Positions 49,330 to 58,104 of a stretch of 64,000 nt of DNA are shown here, piece after piece; the first letter of the stretch is position 1, and each line of letters opens with the position of its first letter. Both the position numbers and the translations under genes were made by a program. The notes under the pieces were generated by a model. That model was not told the origin of the DNA. It ran no database searches and worked only from the letters and a program-made list of their open reading frames with translations. The DNA lies in assembly GCA_045597365.1 (NCBI GenBank), contig JAZLKB010000059.1, forward strand, positions 9,217-73,216. Direction: 5' to 3'. Source of the stretch: Bacteroidaceae bacterium. GTDB lineage: Bacteria > Bacteroidota > Bacteroidia > Bacteroidales > Bacteroidaceae.

Positions 49330-50558
49330 GCTACAAGTTCAAACTTCTGGGTAGCCTTGCAGCAATCTTCTGCATAGGGGCCGCCGTGCTGGTTGCCGTG
49401 GAGACAGGCAGTGAGCGTAACTGGAAACGATCCGTGCTTCAGTCCCGGCTGGAGTCATATACTGACATCATAAACGCTTCCGGCAATTCGGCTGCCAACA
49501 TAGAAGAACTTCTTCCAAATGACATCCGTATCACGATTCTCACGCAGGAGGGAAACGTCACATACGATTCGTACGAGCCATTATCTGCTCTTGACAACCA
49601 TTTGGAGAGACCCGAGATCAAGGATGCTCTGACTAATGGTGATGGCTATGCCATACGGCAGTCTGAAACGGCCAATCAGAAATATCTGTATTTCGCAAAG
49701 AACTATGATGGGCGCATCATACGTGCCGCTCTGCCTTTTGAGGTAAGTCTTGAGAAGTACTTCAGACCCGACTGGGTGCTTATGGCCGGCATCATTCTAC
49801 TCTTCGCCGTTCTTATGCTGCTGGCTATCATCTTTTCCCGCAGATATGAGAACGGACTCCGCACAGCATCTGAAAACGCCGCCAAAGAATTGAAGCATTC
49901 GCTTACCAGCAACATAGCTCACGAGCTGAAGACTCCGGTAACCAGCATACGGGGGTATCTGGAGACCATCATTGAGAATCCCGAGATATCCGATGATAGA
50001 AAGAGCCTCTTCTTAGACCGCTCATACGCTCAGTCCATACGATTATCTGAGCTTATCCGTGATGTGGCTCTCATTACCAAGATGGAAGAGGCCCCGGAGC
50101 AGTTCCGAATCGAGCCGGTCGACCTCTGCAGCATTGTCACGGAGGTAAGTGATGAATTCGAGGCCGCACTCAATAAGGAGGGAATGAAGATTGTCAGTCT
50201 TGTTCCGGGCCAGACAATGATGAACGGCAACCGAAGTCTTTTGTATGCCGTAATCCGCAATCTCGTGGAGAATTCAGTCAAATATGCTGGGAAAGGTGCG
50301 GAAATACACATTGAGGCAAACCGTCATGTTGACCATATGGAACTGTGCTATTATGACAACGGGGCAGGTGTCAGCGAATCGCAGCTCGGGCGGATATTCG
50401 AACGGTTCTACAGCATACCCGGCAAGCCTGGCAGCACGGAAGGGTCAGGCCTAGGTCTTTCGATAGTGAAGAATGCTGTCGCGTTCCACAAGGGAACAAT
50501 AGCCGCATCCATCAGAAAAGAAGGAGGATTGCGCTTCGATATGAAGTTTTACAGGTAA
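49326..50558 (+). CDS. Sensor histidine kinase (PhoR-like)
   Basis: TM segments, H-box AHELKTPVTSIRGY, N-box NLVENSVKY and G-box GSGLGLSIVK. 4-nt overlap with the regulator gene. Confidence 0.85.
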   Translation: MSYKFKLLGSLAAIFCIGAAVLVAVETGSERNWKRSVLQSRLESYTDIINASGNSAANIEELLPNDIRITILTQEGNVTYDSYEPLSALDNHLERPEIKDALTNGDGYAIRQSETANQKYLYFAKNYDGRIIRAALPFEVSLEKYFRPDWVLMAGIILLFAVLMLLAIIFSRRYENGLRTASENAAKELKHSLTSNIAHELKTPVTSIRGYLETIIENPEISDDRKSLFLDRSYAQSIRLSELIRDVALITKMEEAPEQFRIEPVDLCSIVTEVSDEFEAALNKEGMKIVSLVPGQTMMNGNRSLLYAVIRNLVENSVKYAGKGAEIHIEANRHVDHMELCYYDNGAGVSESQLGRIFERFYSIPGKPGSTEGSGLGLSIVKNAVAFHKGTIAASIRKEGGLRFDMKFYR

Positions 50559-50577
50559 AATACTTATTGACAAACCC

Positions 50578-50665
50578 GGACAGCACCTACGAACTGGTAC
50601 CCGGTACACATTTTTCAGCCATTGCTCCGAGGTTGGAACGGGCATTTGAATTGCTCTTTGGATAA
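50578..50665 (+). pseudogene. Third, divergent remnant of the esterase 3' end (last ~27 codons)
   Basis: ...TYELVPGTHFSAIAPRLERAFELLFG* aligns with CTFELVPGTHFSAIGPRLERAFELIL* of both full copies. Nucleotide similarity is clear but lower than between the two full copies. Confidence 0.6.
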
Positions 50666-50788
50666 TCCCATTTACTATTTGGCTTGTGCGGAGACTATCG
50701 GAGGTGGCCCCGTCTGCCCATAGAAATTTATGTTGACAGGTTTGTTACGATATGGAAGGTAGATTTCTGGGCTAAGAATAATGTAAAA

Positions 50789-51460
50789 TCAATATTTATC
50801 TGTGATAGGGAAAAGGTTTGCCAATGCCAATAATTTGCGATTTCTGGCATAGCTCGCTTGGCTTGGATGATTAATACCTACAACTTCAATCGGTTCAAGT
50901 TTATCAAATTCTAAAACACACCTCCTATCATCGATTATTTCTTTTGCCATTGAAACAACATATGGATAACAATTCATTCCCCATACAATAATAATATTGG
51001 GTTGAGGTTGCAATTCGTATAAATATTCTTTGAATGTCAGTTTGGCAGCATCGTATCTGTATGTCTTATCCTTACCTACTTTTCCTCCACCCAAGTCAAC
51101 ATCCGGAACTTGAAGGAAATTGCAAAATGCGATTCTCTTCCAAAACAGTTTGAATGAAGTCGCATCTGATGATAAGTAATCGTCACCTAAAATTGTACGT
51201 GCAAATTTCAAATGAGTATTCTTCTTTCTATTGTCGTCCCATTCTTTACCTTCCGTATTTTTAAATCCTCTTGCGACATCACCCATTAAATCGTTGTTTT
51301 GATCACAAAAATCGTGGATGAAGTGAATATCCCAGTCCAGCATATTCGTATATTTTTCTAATTCGTCTGCTGTTGCATGTATCTGATGACCAACAATTAG
51401 AAGATGTTGTCCATTTATACCCTTATCATATTGAGTACCTCTGTAAATTTTCTGTTTCAT
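50789..51460 (-). CDS. Hypothetical protein with uracil-DNA-glycosylase-superfamily-like motif pattern
   Basis: 223 aa. LLIVGHQIH, IAFCNFLQVPD, IIIVWGMNCYPYV and GINHPSQASY occur in the same order as UDG family motifs (GExPG / xxN..kc.P / vI.LG / HPS). Pattern match only. Confidence 0.35.
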   Translation of the reverse strand: MKQKIYRGTQYDKGINGQHLLIVGHQIHATADELEKYTNMLDWDIHFIHDFCDQNNDLMGDVARGFKNTEGKEWDDNRKKNTHLKFARTILGDDYLSSDATSFKLFWKRIAFCNFLQVPDVDLGGGKVGKDKTYRYDAAKLTFKEYLYELQPQPNIIIVWGMNCYPYVVSMAKEIIDDRRCVLEFDKLEPIEVVGINHPSQASYARNRKLLALANLFPITDKY

Positions 51461-51499
51461 AGCACTTCATATTTTGTATTAATAATCACAAAAGATTTT

Positions 51500-51811
51500 T
51501 CATTTGCAGATAATCGGATCTCCGCAATATTGCTTTCGTTGACACTTATTGCACATCTCTCCACGCCAAACTTTGTCAAAGTCTTCCCGGAATGCCTGCC
51601 CTGGTTCCTTCGCATGAATCAGCATAACATCGACACCGCGCTTCAGCAAAGTCGCCATAATCATCAGGAACGGCTCCTGTTTGTCCCCAACTTTTACATA
51701 CAGGTCTTTGATGTCGGCAGTACCGATACATAGCGACTCTTTACATGTTGATGCCAATGATAGCACCTCGTTGTAATGCTGCTCGTTGGATATGTACTTG
51801 ATGAACGGCAT
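51500..51811 (-). CDS. Small hypothetical protein with Cys-rich tail
   Basis: 103 aa. The LLKRGVDVMLIHAKEPG segment vaguely recalls PLD-family N-lobes. The C-terminus is CNKCQRKQYCGDPIIC. Function unknown. Confidence 0.3.
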   Translation of the reverse strand: MPFIKYISNEQHYNEVLSLASTCKESLCIGTADIKDLYVKVGDKQEPFLMIMATLLKRGVDVMLIHAKEPGQAFREDFDKVWRGEMCNKCQRKQYCGDPIICK

Positions 51812-51824
51812 AATCGTCTTCCTC

Positions 51825-52058
51825 CTATCTTTTTCTGAGTATCCAGGTCAGACCTTTGTTCTTTGAAAAATACAGGCCTTTCTGAGTAGTAGCGAGTATC
51901 TCAGAACCATTATCCATGAGATCTACGAATCCTCCGACTGAACTGTTGGTGCAGCGCAGAATCCAGGTCAGTCCATTGTTTTTTGAAAACTCAATCTTCT
52001 TGTTGTCCTTCGGCGATATTCTTATCAGTTCATCGCCGCACTTGATCATTGTTGGCAT
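51825..52058 (-). CDS. 77-aa protein made of two Asp-box/BNR-like repeats
   Basis: SKNNGLTWILR and SKNKGLTWILR lie 40 aa apart. The DNA shows the same 120-nt periodicity (ATCCAGGTCAG at 51841 and 51961). Confidence 0.5.
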   Translation of the reverse strand: MPTMIKCGDELIRISPKDNKKIEFSKNNGLTWILRCTNSSVGGFVDLMDNGSEILATTQKGLYFSKNKGLTWILRKR

Positions 52059-52240
52059 AACGTATCGCTTTTAATTGTTAAACTTTACGCTGCAAAGATT
52101 CTACATGGGGGTGTCATAATTTGGCAGTAGCTTATTAATATGACGTTTTGACATCATTTTTTGAAGACAAAAGCAAATTGAGTGAGAATAGCACATGTGC
52201 AAGTACTTATTGTAATGCGACAAATCTGCTACAAAACCAA

Positions 52241-54577
52241 TCATTGTATTGGTTGATATGATTGAAGTTCATGTAAAGCATCAAGTAACGATTGTATGCT
52301 GTTTGGCTGTTGAAGTTGATGCTCTGGAACATCTTGTTTATAAATAACTCCGTTAGAGTGCCAATTATATTCATTGCCTAGGTATAGGAATTCAATATCC
52401 TTGGCATTGAACAAACCGCAAGGCTTCCGTATTTGGGGATTACATAGCGTAATTATACTTGCATCTAAAGCCTCGTTGACAACTTTGTCGCGAATTTCAT
52501 TGAACAACACATAAGGATTATTGCTTGTAGGATAGTATCTTAATACATCATAGCCATTGGTGTCACTATGAGACGTGTACACACCCTTTTCAAATGTAAC
52601 TTCCTGCAAAAGTGCTGTTTGAATAAGCGATTTTTTTGCATAAGAGGGCTCATCTGCAACAGCCGTAGTGAGTTGCTCGTTATCCATGGGAGATGCTATC
52701 AGCCATTTGTGAACCGTTTCGGTTTCATACGGCAGCAGCCCTCTCCAATATGCATCTCGACGTGCACCCTTTGGGAACCACCATCTCCATCTAAGGTTAT
52801 AATCCTGTATGAGAATATTACGGAATGCAATACTATTAAGGTCTGAGTAATTTGACAAATACCACATAACATGGCGGTATTTCGTATCAAAGAGTGACCA
52901 GTCGTAATTACCCTTTTCATCAGTAAACAATGCACGTACTGAACCACAGAATACCTGGTTTCCTTCAATAGAAGTAATCACTTCCTCCCAACTTTTATCT
53001 TGCAGCTCGGCTATTGATCCATCATAGAGTCCCTTGTTAAACTGACGTATTTTCTCCTGCTCCTCAATAATGTGTAATGAAACCTTGTCGTTATCCCCAT
53101 CTGAAGGAGATTGGAATGTTTCCACGTTATACACATCCCACTTGTATGGGAAAGATTTGTGCAAAGAGAGAATAGTGGAACGTAGTACGGTTTTACTTCT
53201 TATCTCGTTTCGTACATTATTACCATCTATAACTTTATAATTGCAAACATTCCAAACAATACGCATCCATCGGGTCAACAGTTCTTTGGTGCAGTAGCAA
53301 GATGGAGATTCCATAAACTGACAAACTGCCCAAAAAGAGATAGTTTCAGGAATGGTTTGTCTGTAAAGATCGTTTTTTCCAGAGGTATAGACGACCTCGA
53401 AAGTTTCGTTGGATGTTTCGTATGGATCTTTGACACATGATGATAGCATCTTCCTGTCAAATCTCCGTAAATTCTCCAGGACAGTACGTAAATCATAAAG
53501 CACACTGAATCCTCCTAAGAGGTCAAAGATGGTCTGATAGACACCAAATCCTGTCAGATTGTAGCTTGCTCGGGAATTATTATCATCAGTAAAGCTATAA
53601 AGGTATTTGAAAGCTTTGTCTACATCCGATGAACCTAAATCCTTATCTTCTATTGTCTGAGGTTTCTGGGCCATCATCATGCGAACAAGAAGATAACGGT
53701 TGATGAATCCAAACATCATATCGTCTAGCGTAATCCCTTTATTACGATAATTCCAGAAAAAGTCAAGCCATTTGGTATCTAATAAGATAGGCAGACCATT
53801 TTGAGCATCAAGCAAGGATTTCCATTCATTATCTGTGATATATTTGATGAGGTCAGCTTTGAAGTTTTCAAAATCAGATAAGGGCTTGCCTCGCCCGTTC
53901 ATTTTGACGTATAAGTCGTCAGATTGGCCAAGATTCTCCAAATTGAGCTCATAAAACACCACAGGACATATGGCTGCCGGTGAAACAAGTCTGTTCCAAT
54001 AATAATCCAATCTGTCCTCTGTAAGGCCATTGAAAAGTTCCTCAATGCCATCAATTTTGTCATTTATTTCACCGCTCAACATTCTCATCATGGCCTGGAC
54101 TGTTGGATCCTGACGCCATGCTGAAGGAACCCATGTCTGACGAATAATTGCATCGGCGATATTCTCCTTCTCGGCTATCTTTATTTCCGCTCCCCGTTTT
54201 ACAAGTTGAAAGCAGAACTGGGTGCTGCTTGATCTTGTTTCATAACTAAAGTTTCTTAGATGCTTGCTGACAGTTTCATCAGACAATTTGCCCAAACGAA
54301 AAGCCAGATACCAATATAGAAGCCACAATGTAGTCAGACGCTGTTGTCCGTCAAGAGGATTAAATCTACCTTCCTGATCTGATGAGCCATAAACAAAATC
54401 AAGTTTCAGCTGCTCCTTCGGATCATCAAGAGCTTTCTTTATGGAAAGAAGGAAATTTTCGCGCAAATTTTCAAAACCGATGCGTCCTTGGGCATAATCT
54501 CTTTGGAGAATTGGAATGACGATGCATGAATTGTCCAGCAATTGCCACAGTGATGTCTTGTTTGCGATATTGTTCAT
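52241..54577 (-). CDS. DUF262 (ParB-like NTPase) protein with long uncharacterised C-terminal region
   Basis: IPILQRDYAQG, LDGQQRLTTLWLL and YVKMNGRGKPLSDFENFK. No DUF1524 motif in the remaining ~540 aa. Confidence 0.8.
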   Translation of the reverse strand: MNNIANKTSLWQLLDNSCIVIPILQRDYAQGRIGFENLRENFLLSIKKALDDPKEQLKLDFVYGSSDQEGRFNPLDGQQRLTTLWLLYWYLAFRLGKLSDETVSKHLRNFSYETRSSSTQFCFQLVKRGAEIKIAEKENIADAIIRQTWVPSAWRQDPTVQAMMRMLSGEINDKIDGIEELFNGLTEDRLDYYWNRLVSPAAICPVVFYELNLENLGQSDDLYVKMNGRGKPLSDFENFKADLIKYITDNEWKSLLDAQNGLPILLDTKWLDFFWNYRNKGITLDDMMFGFINRYLLVRMMMAQKPQTIEDKDLGSSDVDKAFKYLYSFTDDNNSRASYNLTGFGVYQTIFDLLGGFSVLYDLRTVLENLRRFDRKMLSSCVKDPYETSNETFEVVYTSGKNDLYRQTIPETISFWAVCQFMESPSCYCTKELLTRWMRIVWNVCNYKVIDGNNVRNEIRSKTVLRSTILSLHKSFPYKWDVYNVETFQSPSDGDNDKVSLHIIEEQEKIRQFNKGLYDGSIAELQDKSWEEVITSIEGNQVFCGSVRALFTDEKGNYDWSLFDTKYRHVMWYLSNYSDLNSIAFRNILIQDYNLRWRWWFPKGARRDAYWRGLLPYETETVHKWLIASPMDNEQLTTAVADEPSYAKKSLIQTALLQEVTFEKGVYTSHSDTNGYDVLRYYPTSNNPYVLFNEIRDKVVNEALDASIITLCNPQIRKPCGLFNAKDIEFLYLGNEYNWHSNGVIYKQDVPEHQLQQPNSIQSLLDALHELQSYQPIQ

Positions 54578-56556
54578 ATTAAGAAGTCGTTAATCTGCTT
54601 TTTTATGTCTTTCAAATAAGCTTCAGCGTCAGGTCTGGTCCAAGCCATCAGAGCATTCACATCAGCTGTATAGTATTTCATGAATGCCTGTTTGGTGCAT
54701 ATTGGTACAAATGCAACGGACTTGCCAGCAATACTCACAACACCATCATCACCGAGTGTGCAGCGTATTCCCTGTTCTTTATATATAACGAATGATCTCT
54801 TGACACTGAAAATGGAATTATGATAGCTCTTGTTTGTTTTCTCATCTAAGAGTGCCAGATTCCATATATGCATCCTTTCATTGTCATCATCTCCATCTTC
54901 GCATTTGACACTCACTGACAGCAAATTGTCTGTCGGGAACTGGGACATCACATTGTTGTAGACAGTTTCAAAGTCAACAATGCTGTCCTTGTCGTGGGTC
55001 TTAAGCATTTTCTTCACATCATCATCCAATGTCAGTTTTCCTGAAGCAATTGCTGCTCTGATCCATGATTTCTGCTCCTTTCCTTTTGTAAGTTCATTTG
55101 TGGTTGCGGAATCTATGTGCTCAACGTTCCACACTTCACGCTTGAACAAGTGGAACGGAAACTTGTAGAATGTAGCCAGTTTGTACTTGTCGGCCTGGAT
55201 TTCCTTCTGGTTTACAATGGTCTGGACATTATGCAGAAGTAGAATTTTCCTGATCAATGGTTTGTGCTTATCAAAATGAAGCTTGTTCAGTTCTTCCTTT
55301 TCACAGTGAATGATTTTATCACGGATTTCCGCCTTTATTTTTGTTACAAATTGCAGTTTGTCATTCTCTTCTGAAATCCAAAGATTATACCACGCATTGA
55401 TTCTTTTCCGTTTTTCAGTTATTCCATCCCTGTCATCTTCAATTGTCCAAATTACATATCCCATATAGTGATAAAGGATAGGGTCATCAAACCATTCCTT
55501 GAGAGCATCAAACAATGTTGTGACTTCTGCCCATACTGAATCAAGATGCTGTGAAACAGTTTCATTCGTGTCAATTCGCTCTATCTGTTTTGCAAAATAG
55601 CGATATACGCTATACCGGTCATTACCTATCAATCTGTCATATTCAGATTTACCAAGTGTATTTTTCAAACCGAACCGGTCATTCACATAAATCAGTTTGA
55701 AAAGGAAATCGATTCTAGTAAACTCCTTCTGTTCTGCATCATTGAGGAACAGCCAGAACTCGTCATTCTGAAGTGCATATTCAATCTCATCCCATTTAGT
55801 GGAAATCTGAAGTTGTTTGTTGCGGATATATTCAGAATGAAGGCCAGAATAATTTGAGCTGTTAAGCAAGGCGGCTTTGATCAGTTCTGCATTTGTAAGT
55901 GATATCTTGCCTATATTCAACCTTGTAAAAACCTCTTTTGGATCCTCCCCAATAGACTCATACCAGATGAATTTCACCTTTTCTAGAATTGTGTTGTACA
56001 AGAGAGATTTAACGTTTTCATCCTTATCAGACAGAAAAGACATGATTTCATTTCTGGCCGTTACCATGTGCTGATAGTCAATGTTGGCCTCACCGTCTTT
56101 ATCTGTTTTGTTCAAAATGTCCATAAGAAAATTCCGACTGTTAACCCTTGTCTGATAAGTGATTGTGTATGGACAATTTTCCCCTAATACCATAAGAATA
56201 ATGAACAAGGTGGTAAGACGTTGCTGGCCGTCAATTACTTCCCACCTGGTCAAATTCTGAAGTTCCTGTTCAAGATAACCTACCGGATCAGGCTCATTTT
56301 CTATACTGCCGACCAAATTATTAATGTCGTTCATAAAAGTCTTCTGGTCTATCATACTGCGTTTTACGACCAACGGCTGCATGCAATAGAATCCTGAATT
56401 TTGATGCCTCATAAAATTTAACAGGTCATTCATCAATTCCGTAACCTGCAATTTTTCCCATCTGTATCCGCGCTGATAATCCGGAATGAAAAAGTCCATT
56501 CCAAGAATATCATTTACGGCTACTATACCAATCTTGTTATTATAGTAAGGTCCCAT
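54574..56556 (-). CDS. DUF262-DUF1524 fusion (GmrSD/BrxU-type nuclease)
   Basis: IPDYQRGYRW, VIDGQQRLTTLFII and FTRLNIGKISLTNAELIK, plus the C-terminal WNVEHIDS...HIWNLALLDEKTNKS. ATGA overlap with the downstream DUF262 gene. Confidence 0.85.
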   Translation of the reverse strand: MGPYYNNKIGIVAVNDILGMDFFIPDYQRGYRWEKLQVTELMNDLLNFMRHQNSGFYCMQPLVVKRSMIDQKTFMNDINNLVGSIENEPDPVGYLEQELQNLTRWEVIDGQQRLTTLFIILMVLGENCPYTITYQTRVNSRNFLMDILNKTDKDGEANIDYQHMVTARNEIMSFLSDKDENVKSLLYNTILEKVKFIWYESIGEDPKEVFTRLNIGKISLTNAELIKAALLNSSNYSGLHSEYIRNKQLQISTKWDEIEYALQNDEFWLFLNDAEQKEFTRIDFLFKLIYVNDRFGLKNTLGKSEYDRLIGNDRYSVYRYFAKQIERIDTNETVSQHLDSVWAEVTTLFDALKEWFDDPILYHYMGYVIWTIEDDRDGITEKRKRINAWYNLWISEENDKLQFVTKIKAEIRDKIIHCEKEELNKLHFDKHKPLIRKILLLHNVQTIVNQKEIQADKYKLATFYKFPFHLFKREVWNVEHIDSATTNELTKGKEQKSWIRAAIASGKLTLDDDVKKMLKTHDKDSIVDFETVYNNVMSQFPTDNLLSVSVKCEDGDDDNERMHIWNLALLDEKTNKSYHNSIFSVKRSFVIYKEQGIRCTLGDDGVVSIAGKSVAFVPICTKQAFMKYYTADVNALMAWTRPDAEAYLKDIKKQINDFLI

Positions 56557-56583
56557 AAGTTTATTTTTACTAAAGATTTGGAA

Positions 56584-57090
56584 TTACATTATTTTCAATG
56601 CGATTGCCGCGCAAGCCTCGGCATCAGCCAGGGCGTGGTGGTGCTGTGTGAGGTCGTAGCCGCAGGCGGCGGCGACGGTGTGGAGCTGGTGATTCTCCAG
56701 AGAGTGACCGAAATGGGCACGTGATGCGGCCAGGGTGTCGTAGAAGGTGTAGTCAGGATAGTCCATCTGATATACCTGAAAAGCAGCCTTCAGACAGCTT
56801 TCGTCAAAGCAGGCGTTGTGTGCCACGAGTGGCAGGCCTTCTATCTTTGGGACAATCTGTTTCCATACTTCTGAGAAAACCGGGGCGTTGCAGGTGTCTG
56901 CCTCGCAGAGGCCATGCACCTGGCTGCAGAACCATTTGTAGTAGCTGGGTTCCGGATTGATTAGGGAATAGAACTTATCTACGATCTTGCCTTTCTTCAC
57001 AATGACAACACCGACGCTGCACACACTGCTGCGGCACTCATTAGCCGTTTCAAAGTCAATCGCCGCGAAGTTCATTTCTGATTTTTTCAT
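56584..57090 (-). CDS. DEDDh (DnaQ/RNase T-like) 3'-5' exonuclease
   Basis: ExoI FAAIDFETA, ExoII LVAHNACFDESCL, ExoIII HHHALADAEA. I chose the start at ATG 57090, which forms an ATGA overlap with the WYL gene stop. 57123 and 57075 are alternatives. Confidence 0.8.
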   Translation of the reverse strand: MKKSEMNFAAIDFETANECRSSVCSVGVVIVKKGKIVDKFYSLINPEPSYYKWFCSQVHGLCEADTCNAPVFSEVWKQIVPKIEGLPLVAHNACFDESCLKAAFQVYQMDYPDYTFYDTLAASRAHFGHSLENHQLHTVAAACGYDLTQHHHALADAEACAAIALKIM

Positions 57091-58022
57091 ATCTGGCTTT
57101 CTTCCTTTCTGTAATACTTGCACATGTTGTAAACCCTGCGCGAAATCTCATCGCACAACCACTTGGGCTCCAGAACTTCAAAATCATCGGCATGGGAGAA
57201 TATCTCCTGCATGAAATCAAAAGTCGGCTTCAGACGATAGCGGAAAATTGTGCAACTATCGCTGCCGCCTTCCTCTTCCGTCTGGCTGGAGTGGAGGGGA
57301 ACAGAACGGACGTATTTCGCCTGATTGCCAGTGACCTTGATACGCACTGTCTCCACCTGGTAGTCATCACCATGAATAATGCCATAACAGTCCTCAAAGA
57401 ACTCGTCAGCATGGAAATCTTCCGGCATCCTGAAAATCCGGTCATTTTGTACTTCCATATTCTGAATCCTATCAAGCGCATATACACGTATCTGGTCGTC
57501 ACCTATACTGTGAGCAATCAGATACCATCTCTGCTTGAATACCTTTACGAAATATGGCTCTACAGGAAAAGTATGTCTGCCACGTCCCCAATATCCTTCA
57601 TAGGTTATGTCGATGGGATGATCATCCCGCATGGCCTTTATAATAGATGTGAGCCATTGCTGCCCGGAAGGGATGTTCTCGTACTGGATACGGCCACGAA
57701 GATTAGAACATTCATTTACAACATTGCTTACTGAAATCGTGTCTATCAGCCAACGCTTTATGTCCGAATGCTCATCCAGATTGTTCTCATTCTCAATGTA
57801 ATAGGTCTTGTCTCCGTATTTGTTGCACTTGATGTGCAGACCGAATATATTGTTGATGGCATTGATGTGATTGTGGAAGGTCTTGTCCGCCATTTCTTCA
57901 TGGTTGTCGTTGAGACTCGAATGACGCCATTTGCGCATAAGGTCTTCTTTCGTCCAATGCCCGGTCTGTATTGTATCAATCAACCAGGCATATCGTTTGA
58001 ACAATGTTCCTGCTTCGCTCAT
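57087..58022 (-). CDS. WYL-domain protein
   Basis: VEPYFVKVFKQRWYLIAHSIGDDQIRVYALDRIQ is a textbook WYL core. The N-terminal ~100 aa are plausibly winged-helix. Confidence 0.75.
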   Translation of the reverse strand: MSEAGTLFKRYAWLIDTIQTGHWTKEDLMRKWRHSSLNDNHEEMADKTFHNHINAINNIFGLHIKCNKYGDKTYYIENENNLDEHSDIKRWLIDTISVSNVVNECSNLRGRIQYENIPSGQQWLTSIIKAMRDDHPIDITYEGYWGRGRHTFPVEPYFVKVFKQRWYLIAHSIGDDQIRVYALDRIQNMEVQNDRIFRMPEDFHADEFFEDCYGIIHGDDYQVETVRIKVTGNQAKYVRSVPLHSSQTEEEGGSDSCTIFRYRLKPTFDFMQEIFSHADDFEVLEPKWLCDEISRRVYNMCKYYRKEESQI

Positions 58023-58058
58023 CTTGAATAGTTTTCAAATATTGACGTAAAGATAATA

Positions 58059-58089
58059 AGCGCTAATGTAATATTATGGCATTAGCGCT
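58059..58089 (-). terminator. Hairpin between the AAA+ and WYL genes (possible terminator)
   Basis: AGCGCTAATG (58059-58068) pairs with CATTAGCGCT (58080-58089) across an 11-nt loop. On the minus strand it is followed by the U-rich UAUUAUCUUUA. Confidence 0.4.
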
Positions 58090-58104
58090 CATAATCATGT
58101 GGTC

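Noticed and set aside
51500-51811. Possible phospholipase-D (HKD) nuclease
   Set aside because: The only H-x-K (IHAKEPG) is not followed by the D-x6-G-[ST]-x-N part of the HKD motif, and the protein is only 103 aa. The PLD idea is kept as a faint resemblance only.
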